Assembly (NCBI GenBank): GCA_963422375.2
Contig: OY729427.2
Coordinates: forward strand, 1,504,001-1,568,000
From: Bryobacterales bacterium
Lineage (GTDB): Bacteria; Acidobacteriota; Terriglobia; Bryobacterales; UBA6623
Length of the DNA stretch: 64,000 nt
Direction: 5' to 3'
How positions within the stretch are numbered: the stretch's first letter is position 1; every line of letters starts with the position of its first letter. Both the position numbers and the translations under genes were made by a program. Positions 54,007 through 62,988 of this stretch are shown one piece after another. Below the pieces are notes generated by a model. The model was not told the origin of the DNA. It searched no databases and saw only the letters and a program-made list of their open reading frames with translations.

Positions 54007-55224
54007 TCAGCGAGACGAGAGGTGCTTGTCGGCGAAGTCCAGGTAGCGCGCCCAGTCGTACGCGGTCACGTCGTGCCCGCCCGTCCGGACGTGATAGCCG
54101 ACCGTGCCCATGACCGGCCGGTCGACGGCCGGCTGCTCGGAGACTCCCAGGCCCTGCTCGCCCAGAAGGCGGTAGGCCGCTCCCGCATGCATCGCCGAGA
54201 GGAATTCGCCCTTGGGGTCGGCCCAGACGTCCTCCTCGGCGCTGGCGACATAGAGGGCCCGCGGCGCCACCAAGGCCAGCAGCATGTGCTGATCGACGGG
54301 CAGGTCGTCCTCCCTGCCGTTGTAGGCGTGGAAGTTGCGGGCGAACCAGTGCGGGAACCTCGTGTTGATGCGCTCGACCGTCTCGCCGAACCGCCGGCGG
54401 CTCAGCGCCGCCCCTCCGCAGCCCGAATCGTTCGAGATCACCATCGCGAAACGCGTGTCCCGCGCGCCGGCCCACAGCGCGGTCTTGCCGAGCCGCGAAT
54501 GCCCCATCACGGCCGCGCGCGCTGCGTCGGCATGGGCGTCCGTCTCGAGGTAGTCCAAGGCCCGGCTCAGGCCCCATGCCCAAGCGCCGATGCTGCCCCA
54601 GTCCCGCGGCGACCGCGGCGGCGCCAGCGCATGGACTCCATTGCGGAAGCCGTCGTCGTAGTCGGGGTCGAGATCGCCGCAATACACCGTCGCCAAGCCG
54701 TAGCCGCGCCGCAGGACGGTCTCGAGCTGCCAGCGGCTCGCGTTCCGGCCGCGGGTCCGCTCGGTCGCCCGGTTGCCTTCCACGCCGTCGCCGTCGCGCA
54801 TCCAGCGGGTCGAGACGCGAATGCCCGGGTCGGCGTGGACCGTGTGGTTGCCGCCGAAGTTGAGGCCTAGGAAGACGGGCACCGGCCCGGCCCGCGCCGC
54901 GGCCGGCGTGTACAGCAGGAGCTCCATGCTGGGCTCGGCGCGGTCCGGGGAGAACCGGACCAGCACCTGCTTGCGGCGCGCAAGCCCGCCGAGGGCCTCG
55001 CCGTCCCGCTCCAGCACGCTGAACTGCATGCCGGCGGGAGCCTCCGGGGCGACACCGTACACCTGCCGCTCGAAGAGCTCGAGGATTTCCGCCCGGCGGC
55101 CGACCCACTGATCCGCCGTCTCGATCACCCGCCCGTCGGCGCCGCGAAGGATCTCCGGGAGGCTGTAGGCCGGCACCTCGGACTCGTCGTAGTTAAAGCC
55201 CGCGGGCTGGCCGGGCGCCTGCAC
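54007..55224 (-). CDS. CE15 glucuronoyl esterase / acetylxylan esterase-like protein (start uncertain, probably ~55300)
   Basis: NYDESEVPAYSLP, IGAWAWGLSRALDYL, GHSRLGKTALWA, LPVDQH, H.R.GGH. Confidence 0.88.
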   Translation of the reverse strand: MQAPGQPAGFNYDESEVPAYSLPEILRGADGRVIETADQWVGRRAEILELFERQVYGVAPEAPAGMQFSVLERDGEALGGLARRKQVLVRFSPDRAEPSMELLLYTPAAARAGPVPVFLGLNFGGNHTVHADPGIRVSTRWMRDGDGVEGNRATERTRGRNASRWQLETVLRRGYGLATVYCGDLDPDYDDGFRNGVHALAPPRSPRDWGSIGAWAWGLSRALDYLETDAHADAARAAVMGHSRLGKTALWAGARDTRFAMVISNDSGCGGAALSRRRFGETVERINTRFPHWFARNFHAYNGREDDLPVDQHMLLALVAPRALYVASAEEDVWADPKGEFLSAMHAGAAYRLLGEQGLGVSEQPAVDRPVMGTVGYHVRTGGHDVTAYDWARYLDFADKHLSSR

Positions 55225-55315
55225 GGCCCCCAGGACGAGAAGCGCCGGAACGCAGGCGAGGAGCCGGGCGCTCGGAGCCCCGCACCGGCCGGGACCGTCG
55301 GATATCCTGTCAGCA

Positions 55316-57127
55316 ATGGGCGCCTCCGGGGTACTGTCGCTGGCCGCGGTGGCCGGCGTGGCGGTGGCGCTGGCCACGAACCGGGTCGCCGTCGAGACCG
55401 CGATGCTCGCGGGCCTGATGGCGCAGATCCTGCTCGGCGCGGTCGGGCCCGCCGAGGGGCTGTCGGGGTTCTCCCACCCGGCAGTCATCTCCATCGGTGC
55501 GCTGTTCGTCGTGGCGGCCGGCCTGCGCGAGACCGGAGCGACCCTCTCGATCGGCCCCCTGCTCCTCGGCCGCCCGAAGTCGGTGGCCTCGGCGCAGTTC
55601 CGGCTCATGGCGCCGGTGGCCATCCTCTCGGGCTTCATCAACAACACCCCCGTCGTGGCGATGTACCTGCCGCTCGTGCGCGAATGGGCCGGTCGCATTC
55701 GCGTCAGCGCGTCCAAGCTCCTGCTGCCTCTCAGCTTCGCGTCCATCCTAGGTGGGCAGCTCACCGTGATCGGCAGCGCCTCCAATCTTATCCTGATGGG
55801 CCTGTACCTCACGCATCTCCAGGAATCCGGGCTTCCCGCCCCCGGCAAGACGCTGACCTTCTGGGGCCCGGCGCTGCTGGGCCTGCCCGCCGGGATCGTC
55901 GGCATCGCATTTCTGATCGCGCTGTCGAAGCTGCTCATCCCCGAGCGCCTGCCAGTCGAGGGCGACGCCGCGGACACGCAGAAGTACACGGTCCACATGG
56001 AGCTGCGCCCCAACTCGCGGGCAGCGGGCCGGACGATCGACGAGGCGGGCCTGCGGTCGCTGCCGGGGCTATTCCTGTTCCAGATCGAGCGGGCAGGGAC
56101 CCTGCTGGCCGCCCCTCCGCCCGACACGCGGCTGATGGCGGGCGACCGGCTTAGCTTCACCGGCGTGCTGGAATCCGTGGTCGACCTGCAGCGGATCCGC
56201 GGCTTGGTCCCGACGCAGATCCTGGACGACGGGCCTGTGGCGGACCCGAGCCAACGCGAGCTGGTCGAGGCCGTCATCGCCACGGGGTCCCCGCTCGTCG
56301 GCCGCACCGTCCGCGAGGCGAGGTTCCGGACGGTCTACAACGCCGCGGTCGTGGCGGTGCGGCGCAACGGCGTCGCGATCGAGTCAAAGATCGGGGACAT
56401 CCGCCTGCAGCCCGGAGACACGCTCCTGCTCGAGACCCCGCGCGGGTTCGCCCGCGCCCACCGCAGTTCGAGCCACTTCTACCTGGTCTCGCCACTGCAC
56501 GAGTTCGTGCCTCCGAGGCACGACCGCCTAGGAGCGGCGGCGGCCGCGTTCGGCCTCCTGGTCGCCGGGCTGATGCTGTCCCCTCTCGAGCCGGTCACGG
56601 TCTGCATGTGCGCGGGCCTGCTGATGATCTGCTCCGGCTGCGTGCGGCTGGGCCGCGCCATTTCAGGGGAGTCCCTGCAAATCATCGTTGCGATCGCGGC
56701 CGCGTTGGGGATGGCCGCCGCATTGGAGCAGACCGGAGCGGCCCGGTCCGTGGCCGCATGGCTGCTCGACACCTGCACGAGCGCGGGCATCGGCCACCGC
56801 GGCATCCTCTTCGTAATGATGCTGACGGCCACGCTCTTCGCCCAGATGATCACCAAGAACGGGGCCGCCGCGCTGATGTTCCCGGTCGCCAAGGCGACGG
56901 CGGACAGCCTCGGGCTGCACCTCGAGCCGTTCGCGTTCAGCCTGATCTTCGGCTGCGGAATGAGCTTCCTCTCGCCGGTCGGGTACCAGACGAACCTAAT
57001 GGTCTACGGGCCCGGCGGCTACCGGTTCCTAGACTTCGCCCGGGTAGGACTGCCCCTGACCGTGCTGCTGGCCGCGATGGGCGCCCTGCTCTGCCCGCTC
57101 GCGTTCCCGTTCAAGCCGCTGCCCTGA
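55316..57127 (+). CDS. SLC13/DASS family permease with two TrkA-C domains
   Basis: SGFINNTPVV, LLLPLSFASILGG, IGSASNL, SPVGYQTNLMVYGPGGYRF.DF. Confidence 0.92.
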   Translation: MGASGVLSLAAVAGVAVALATNRVAVETAMLAGLMAQILLGAVGPAEGLSGFSHPAVISIGALFVVAAGLRETGATLSIGPLLLGRPKSVASAQFRLMAPVAILSGFINNTPVVAMYLPLVREWAGRIRVSASKLLLPLSFASILGGQLTVIGSASNLILMGLYLTHLQESGLPAPGKTLTFWGPALLGLPAGIVGIAFLIALSKLLIPERLPVEGDAADTQKYTVHMELRPNSRAAGRTIDEAGLRSLPGLFLFQIERAGTLLAAPPPDTRLMAGDRLSFTGVLESVVDLQRIRGLVPTQILDDGPVADPSQRELVEAVIATGSPLVGRTVREARFRTVYNAAVVAVRRNGVAIESKIGDIRLQPGDTLLLETPRGFARAHRSSSHFYLVSPLHEFVPPRHDRLGAAAAAFGLLVAGLMLSPLEPVTVCMCAGLLMICSGCVRLGRAISGESLQIIVAIAAALGMAAALEQTGAARSVAAWLLDTCTSAGIGHRGILFVMMLTATLFAQMITKNGAAALMFPVAKATADSLGLHLEPFAFSLIFGCGMSFLSPVGYQTNLMVYGPGGYRFLDFARVGLPLTVLLAAMGALLCPLAFPFKPLP

Positions 57128-57136
57128 GAGCGGGGA

Positions 57137-58024
57137 ATGCCGGAGCTGCCCGACGTCGCGGTCTACGTCGAGGCGCTCGCGACCCGTCTGACCGGGCAGC
57201 CGCTGCAGGATGTGCGCATCCGCAGCCCGCTGCTGCTGCGAACGGTGGACCCCCCTCTCGGCGACTGCCTCGGCAGGCGCGCGACCGGCTTCCGTCGGAT
57301 CGGCAAGCGGATCGCAATCGGGCTCGAGGAGGGCTACTGGCTGGTGCTGCACCTGATGATCGCCGGGCGGCTGCACTGGCGGCCGCGCCGCGCCAAGCCC
57401 CCGGCCAGGCGCGGGCTTGCCGCCTTCGACTTCGCCAACGGCACGCTGCTGCTGGCCGAAGCGGGCAGCAAGAAGCGGGCGTCGCTGCATGTCGTCCGGG
57501 GCCGGCGGCTAGAGGAGTTCCACAGGGGAGGCGTGGAAGTGCTCGAAGTCTCGTGCGGCGCGTTCGGCGAGGCGCTCCGCGTGCGCAACCGCACGGTGAA
57601 ACGGGCCCTCACCGATCCGAGCGTCTGCAGCGGCATCGGAAACGCCTACTCGGACGAGATCCTGCACCGCGCCTGCATCTCGCCGGTCGCGCTGACCTCC
57701 GGGCTGGACGCCGTCCAAGTGGAGCGGCTCTACGAAGCGTCCCGCAGCGTGCTGCGGGAATGGACGGACCGCCTGCGCGCGGAATGCGAGGGAGGTTTCC
57801 CGCAGAATGTCTCCGCCTTCCGCGACGGCATGGCCGTGCACGGCCGCTACGGCCGGCCCTGTCCCGACTGCGGCGCGCCCGTGCAGCGCATCCGCTACGC
57901 GTCGAACGAGACGAACTACTGCGCCCGCTGCCAGACCGGCGGGAAGCTGCTGGCGGACCGCGCCCTCTCGCGGCTCCTGCGGTCGGACTGGCCGCGCAGC
58001 CTGGACGAGCTGTCCAACGGCTGA
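57137..58024 (+). CDS. Fpg/Nei family DNA glycosylase/AP lyase
   Basis: PELPDV N-terminus, HLMIAGR, SGIGNAYSDEIL, CPDC...CARCQ zinc finger. Confidence 0.92.
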   Translation: MPELPDVAVYVEALATRLTGQPLQDVRIRSPLLLRTVDPPLGDCLGRRATGFRRIGKRIAIGLEEGYWLVLHLMIAGRLHWRPRRAKPPARRGLAAFDFANGTLLLAEAGSKKRASLHVVRGRRLEEFHRGGVEVLEVSCGAFGEALRVRNRTVKRALTDPSVCSGIGNAYSDEILHRACISPVALTSGLDAVQVERLYEASRSVLREWTDRLRAECEGGFPQNVSAFRDGMAVHGRYGRPCPDCGAPVQRIRYASNETNYCARCQTGGKLLADRALSRLLRSDWPRSLDELSNG

Positions 58025-58051
58025 GGCCGGCCCGCAGGCTCAACGGGTAAA

Positions 58052-59086
58052 ATGCGAGAGATGGAGCTCCCGCGCGAGCTGAGGTTCGGGTCCCTGCTGG
58101 TCGCCCCCCCGGTCGTGCTCGCGCCCATGGCCGGGGTCACCGACACCGTGTTCCGCCGACTGATCCGGCGCCTGTCGGGCTGCGGCCTGATCATGACCGA
58201 GTTCACGAGCTCGCACGGCATCGTCGCCAACCACGGCGCGGCGCGGCCCAAGCCCCGTCGCAGCCCCTTCAACTACCTCCACTACGAACCCGACGAGCAT
58301 CCGATCGTGGCCCAGCTGTTCGGCTCGGACGCTCAGGTGCTGGCGGACGCGGCGCGCCTGGTGGAGGATCTCGGGTTCGACGGCGTCGACATGAATTTCG
58401 GCTGCCCGGTCAAGAAGGTGGTCAAGTGCAACGGGGGCTCGGGCCTGCTGCGCGACCTGCCCTTGGTGGAGCGAATCCTGCGGGCGGTCCGCGCCGCGGT
58501 CGGCATCCCGTTCACCTGCAAGTTCCGCACCGGCTGGGACGACCGCTCGATCGTGGTGCGGCAGATGGGGCGGATCGCCGAGGACTGCGGCCTGCAGGGC
58601 GTCTCGCTGCACGGCCGCACGCGCCAGCAGGGCTACGGCGGCAGCGCGGACTGGGACCGCATCGCCGAGCTCAAGGCCGCCGTGAGGATACCTGTGGTCG
58701 GCAACGGAGACGTCTTCTCCCCCGAGGACTCCGTGCGGATGTTCCGCCGCACTGGCTGCGACGGGGTCATGATCGGGCGCGCCGCGTCCAGCAACCCGTG
58801 GATTTTCCGCCAGATCCAGCAATTCGTCGCCACCGGCGCCTACGACCGGCCGACCGACCTCCAGCGCTACCAGCTGCTGCGCGAGTACTTCGGCATGCTG
58901 CTCGACGACGCGGGCAAGATTTCCGGACATCCCCTGGGCAAGATGAAGCAGTTCGCCACGTACTTCACGCGCGGCATGCCGGACGGATCGCAGCTGCGTA
59001 AGAAGGTGCATCGGGCGTCTTCGACGGCGCAGGTCATCGAGACGGTCGACCGGAGCCTCCAGGAGCACTTGGCGCGGGCGGCCTGA
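58052..59086 (+). CDS. dusB: tRNA-dihydrouridine synthase B
   Basis: LAPMAGVTD, QLFGS, NFGCP, LHGRT, GNGD, GVMIGR. Confidence 0.92.
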   Translation: MREMELPRELRFGSLLVAPPVVLAPMAGVTDTVFRRLIRRLSGCGLIMTEFTSSHGIVANHGAARPKPRRSPFNYLHYEPDEHPIVAQLFGSDAQVLADAARLVEDLGFDGVDMNFGCPVKKVVKCNGGSGLLRDLPLVERILRAVRAAVGIPFTCKFRTGWDDRSIVVRQMGRIAEDCGLQGVSLHGRTRQQGYGGSADWDRIAELKAAVRIPVVGNGDVFSPEDSVRMFRRTGCDGVMIGRAASSNPWIFRQIQQFVATGAYDRPTDLQRYQLLREYFGMLLDDAGKISGHPLGKMKQFATYFTRGMPDGSQLRKKVHRASSTAQVIETVDRSLQEHLARAA

Positions 59087-59984
59087 CGCCGCCGCAAGCC
59101 GCGCCCAAGCGGAGCAGGCGCGCGGCCACCTGGGATCCTAGGGCCGCGGCGCGGGCGGGCGAGCCGGACGCCTCGGCCCGGACGATTGCCCCGTCGTTCC
59201 GCGCGCAGGCCGCGACCAGGAGCAGGTCGCCAGCTCGCGCGGCCGCGTTAGCTCCCAAGGGCACGTCGCAGCCCCCGCCCAGCGATCGCAGCAGTTCGCG
59301 CTCGGCGGCGACTTCGGCGGCGGCGCGCGGATCGTGCAGCGGCGCGAGAGCGTCGAGCGCCCGGCTGTCGCCCGCCCGGACTTGGATGCCCAGGGCACCC
59401 TGCCCCGCAGCGGGCACCATGCTGGAGGTCTCGAGGTACTCGCTCACCCGCGCCTGCAGGCCGAGCCGCTCGAGGCCGGCGGCGGCCAGCACGATCGCGT
59501 CGTACTCGCCCGCCTCCAGCTTGCGAATCCGGGTGTCGACATTGCCGCGGATGCCTGCGACGGCCAGGTCCGGCCGCAGCGCGCGCAACTGCGCGGCGCG
59601 ACGCGTCGAGCCGGTGCCGACGCGGTCCCCCGCTCGCAGGCCGTCCAGGCCCTTGCCCAGCAGGGCGTCCCTCGGGTCGGCCCGGGTGGGCACGCAGCCC
59701 AGCGCGAGCCGATCGTCCAGCTCCGTCGGCAGATCCTTGAGACTATGCACCGCGACGTCAATCGCGCCCGCGAGCAGGGCGTCCTCGATTTCCTTCGTGA
59801 AGACGCCCTTGACGCCCTCCCGCTGGCCGAGCTCGGCCAGCGCCACGGCGCCAAGGCGGTCGCCGGTCGTCCGGATGACCCGGATGCCGGTCCGGCAGCC
59901 GGAGCGCTCCAAGAGCCCGGCAACCCAGCGAGCCTGCCGCAGGGCCAGCTGCGAGCCCCTAGTGCCGACGGTCAGGCTCTCCAC
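59034..59984 (-). CDS. hemC: Hydroxymethylbilane synthase
   Basis: GTRGSQLALRQ, KGVFTKEIE, AVHSLKDLP, RGNVDTR, GGC. Confidence 0.97.
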   Translation of the reverse strand: MESLTVGTRGSQLALRQARWVAGLLERSGCRTGIRVIRTTGDRLGAVALAELGQREGVKGVFTKEIEDALLAGAIDVAVHSLKDLPTELDDRLALGCVPTRADPRDALLGKGLDGLRAGDRVGTGSTRRAAQLRALRPDLAVAGIRGNVDTRIRKLEAGEYDAIVLAAAGLERLGLQARVSEYLETSSMVPAAGQGALGIQVRAGDSRALDALAPLHDPRAAAEVAAERELLRSLGGGCDVPLGANAAARAGDLLLVAACARNDGAIVRAEASGSPARAAALGSQVAARLLRLGAACGGVRPPAPSAPGGSGRPSR

Positions 59985-59992
59985 GCGGGCCC

Positions 59993-61249
59993 CTACTCGA
60001 GCCCGAAGATCCGCCGGATGTCGTCGAGGGTGACACGCGAGCGAGGGTCGGACACGCTGCGCTTCGCCTCGCGGATCGGATGGTGGGCGACCTTGCCGAT
60101 GATGCCTTGCGTCAGCGCTTCCACCGCCTCGCGCTGCTCCGCGCTGAGGCCTCGCAGCTTGGACTCGAATCGCGCCAGCTCCCCCCGGCGGATGGCCTCC
60201 AGGCGCTGGTTGAGGGACCGGATGGCCGGCCCCGCGCCGTCGGCCTCGATGCGCCGGAGCACCCGGTCGACTTCGTCGTCGACAATGCGCTCGGCGGTGC
60301 CGGCCTCGATCCGCCGCTGCCGCATGTTCGCGGCGGCCACCTGCTCCAGGTCGTCGATGTCGTAGACGAACATGTTGTCGATCTGATTGATGCCCGGGTC
60401 GACGTCGCGGGGCACGGCGATGTCGACGAGGAAGATCGGCCGGTTGCGGCGGGCGGCGATCACTCCCTGGGCGGTCCTCCTGGAGAGGATGTAGCCGGGA
60501 GCGGCCGTGGAGGCGACGACGATGTCCACCTGCTGCAGCAACTCGAGCAGGCGGTCGAAGGCGACCGCCTCGGCCCCGAACTCGCGGGCAAGCCGCTCGG
60601 CGCTCGAAAGCGTGCGGTTGGTCACGAAGAGGCGCAGCTCGCCCGTGCCGCGCAAGTGGCGGGCGGCCGCCTCGGCCATCTCGCCGGCGCCGACCAGCAG
60701 CACGGACAGGCCGTCGAGATCGCCGAAGATCTTGCGCGCGAGCTCCACCGCCACGTAGCTGACCGAGACCGCCATGCGGCCGATCTCCGTCTCGTTGCGC
60801 ACGCGGCGGGCGACGCGGAAGGCGTGCGAGACCAGGCTGTCGAGCGGACCGCCCAAGGCGCCGGCGTCGCGGGCCCGATGGTAGGCGTCCCGCACCTGGC
60901 CGAGGATCTGGGGCTCGCCGACGACCATCGAGTCGAGGCTCGCGGCCACGCGGAACACGTGCCGCACGGCCTGGCGGCCCTCGTAGCCGTAGAAGGCCGC
61001 CTCGTCCACGCCCGCGCCGTTGGAGAGGGCGCTCACGCGGCGGAGCACCTCGTCGCGCAGCGCGGACCGCTCGCCGCTGGCCAGGAACTCGACCCGGTTA
61101 CAGGTCGACAGGACCAGCGCCTCGTCGAGCGACTGGGAGCGGGCGAGATCGCGGGAGAGCTCGCCCGCGTCCGCCTCGGACACCGCCAGGCACTCGCGCA
61201 CCTCGACCGGCGCCGTCCTGTGGCTGATGCCGACCAGCTGGATGCTCAT
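59993..61249 (-). CDS. hemA: Glutamyl-tRNA reductase
   Basis: HRTAPVEVRE, LSTCNRVE, LDSMVVGEPQILGQV, GAGEM, DIAVPRD. Confidence 0.98.
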   Translation of the reverse strand: MSIQLVGISHRTAPVEVRECLAVSEADAGELSRDLARSQSLDEALVLSTCNRVEFLASGERSALRDEVLRRVSALSNGAGVDEAAFYGYEGRQAVRHVFRVAASLDSMVVGEPQILGQVRDAYHRARDAGALGGPLDSLVSHAFRVARRVRNETEIGRMAVSVSYVAVELARKIFGDLDGLSVLLVGAGEMAEAAARHLRGTGELRLFVTNRTLSSAERLAREFGAEAVAFDRLLELLQQVDIVVASTAAPGYILSRRTAQGVIAARRNRPIFLVDIAVPRDVDPGINQIDNMFVYDIDDLEQVAAANMRQRRIEAGTAERIVDDEVDRVLRRIEADGAGPAIRSLNQRLEAIRRGELARFESKLRGLSAEQREAVEALTQGIIGKVAHHPIREAKRSVSDPRSRVTLDDIRRIFGLE

Positions 61250-62061
61250 CGCACCATGAACGAGTGGGCACCGCTGTTGACCACCCACGTCAGGGCGGCG
61301 CAGCCGAAGCCGGCGATCGACAGGTAGGCTCCCTTGCGTCCGCGCCAGCCGGCCGCGAGGCGGCTGATCACCATGGCGAAGGAGATCGCCCAGGTCAGGA
61401 ACGCGAGGGCGATGGTAGGGTCGACCAGCCAGTTGGCCCCCCACTCCAGGAAGGCCCAGACCGAGGCGGCGATCAGGCCCAGCGTCACCAGCACGAAGGC
61501 GGCCGCCAGCGCCTGGTAGCCCATTTCGTCGAGCTTGCCCAGCGGAGGCAGGCGGTGATAGAGGGCGCGCAGGTTCTTCGTCTTCAGCTCGCGCTCCTGA
61601 ATGAGGTACATCACGCCCGCGACGCAGGTCAGGAAGAGCGCGGCGTAGCCGAGCAGGAACAGGGCCGCATGCAGGGACGGCCACCAATGCGCCATGGCGC
61701 CCGGCGCCGGCGGGGCGGGCCCGCGGAGCACGCCGACGAGAGCGAGCAGGAACACCGACGGAAAGACGAAGATCGCCACGCTCTGGTACTTGAAGCGCGC
61801 GTACACCGCAAGGAAGACGGCGGTCATGAAAAACGCCGCCATGGAGGACATCTGCTGGAGCGTGCGGACCGGAAAACGACCCGAATCGACGCTCGCCGAC
61901 GCCAAGGCAAGACCGTGCAGCCCTGCACCGACGACGAACGCGTACAGCGCCGGCTTGAACATCCTGCGTTTCTGCCGGACCACGCTGTAGAGCGAGTCCA
62001 GCAGGCCGAACGAGTACAGCGCCAAAGCCGCCCGCGCCAGAACCGCGCCCAGTCCCTCCAT
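61246..62061 (-). CDS. ccsA: Cytochrome c assembly protein CcsA/HemX-like
   Basis: Eight hydrophobic segments, LH, YLIQERELK, LPPL..LD, W...W..DP, GWRGRK. Confidence 0.8.
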   Translation of the reverse strand: MEGLGAVLARAALALYSFGLLDSLYSVVRQKRRMFKPALYAFVVGAGLHGLALASASVDSGRFPVRTLQQMSSMAAFFMTAVFLAVYARFKYQSVAIFVFPSVFLLALVGVLRGPAPPAPGAMAHWWPSLHAALFLLGYAALFLTCVAGVMYLIQERELKTKNLRALYHRLPPLGKLDEMGYQALAAAFVLVTLGLIAASVWAFLEWGANWLVDPTIALAFLTWAISFAMVISRLAAGWRGRKGAYLSIAGFGCAALTWVVNSGAHSFMVR

Positions 62062-62107
62062 GGCTCGAATTATACTGGCCGGCTCCGCCGGCGACGGCGA
62101 GGAGAGG

Positions 62108-62599
62108 TCATTTCGGCGGGTGCCCGAAAGCCGCCCGGACGCGCTCCCAGGTCACAGAAAGCGACTCGGGAAGCACCCGCGTCTCGCCGACCACGGTGAC
62201 GAAGCTCGCGTCCGCGAACCAGCGCGGGAGCGCATGCATGTGGATGTGACCGGCCGCGCGGCCGACGTTCATCCCGATGTTGACGCCGTCCGGCGAGTAA
62301 AGCGACCGCAGCAGGTCCTCTGCGCGTTGGGTCAGCCGCATCATCTCCTCGGCGGTCTCCACGGAAGCCGCCGCCAGGGAGTCGACATGGCGGTAGGGAA
62401 TCACCATCAGGTGGCCGCTGGGATACGGGAAGCGGTTCAGCACGACGAAGTTGAGCCTCGCGCGATGCACGACCAAGGCCTGGCGGTCGTCGGAGCCCGA
62501 CTCGAGCAGGGAGCAGAAGACGCAGGCCGGCGCGCCGGGGGAGTCGTCCGCGACGCCCGAGACGTAGCTGTAGCGCCAAGGCGTCCACGGGTAGTCCAT
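62108..62599 (-). CDS. HIT family (Ap4A phosphorylase-like) protein
   Basis: WTPWR..Y, CVFC, LNRFPY.SGHLM, HIHMH..PRW. Confidence 0.9.
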   Translation of the reverse strand: MDYPWTPWRYSYVSGVADDSPGAPACVFCSLLESGSDDRQALVVHRARLNFVVLNRFPYPSGHLMVIPYRHVDSLAAASVETAEEMMRLTQRAEDLLRSLYSPDGVNIGMNVGRAAGHIHMHALPRWFADASFVTVVGETRVLPESLSVTWERVRAAFGHPPK

Positions 62600-62624
62600 C
62601 GATCAGGCGGACGGCGACGGGCCG

Positions 62625-62918
62625 TCAGTCCTCGGCGCGGTGGGCGTCGAGAACCGCGCCGCGCAGCTGCTTGCTCGGCCTGAAGAAGGCAATCGTCCTA
62701 GCCGGCACGTCGACCGAATCGCCCGACCGCGGATTGCGGGCCTTGCGGGCGGCGCGGGTGCGCGTGCGAAAGCTGCCGAACCCCCGGATCTCGACCTTGT
62801 CGCCCCGCCTCAGGGCATCCACGATGCTCTCCAGGGCCGTGTCGACGATCTTGCCGGCTTCCTTGTGTGACACGAGGATGGTCCGAGAGATCTTCTCGAC
62901 AATTCTGGCTTTCGTCAT
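62625..62918 (-). CDS. ihfB: Integration host factor beta / HU family DNA-binding protein
   Basis: MTKA, GDKVEIRGFGSF, ARNPRSG; directly downstream of rpsA. Confidence 0.8.
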   Translation of the reverse strand: MTKARIVEKISRTILVSHKEAGKIVDTALESIVDALRRGDKVEIRGFGSFRTRTRAARKARNPRSGDSVDVPARTIAFFRPSKQLRGAVLDAHRAED

Positions 62919-62988
62919 GGCCCGCGCGCTTGCGCCGCCCTCAGCGCTCATTGTAATGAACCGCGCGGAGAGCCCCGTTCCGGCGGGT

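Noticed and set aside
54007..56307. 766-aa esterase ORF overlapping the permease
   Set aside because: The part above ~55320 is antisense to the SLC13 gene.
59034..59086. 53-bp convergent overlap of dusB and hemC
   Set aside because: Short 3' overlaps with low-complexity tails are common in high-GC genomes.
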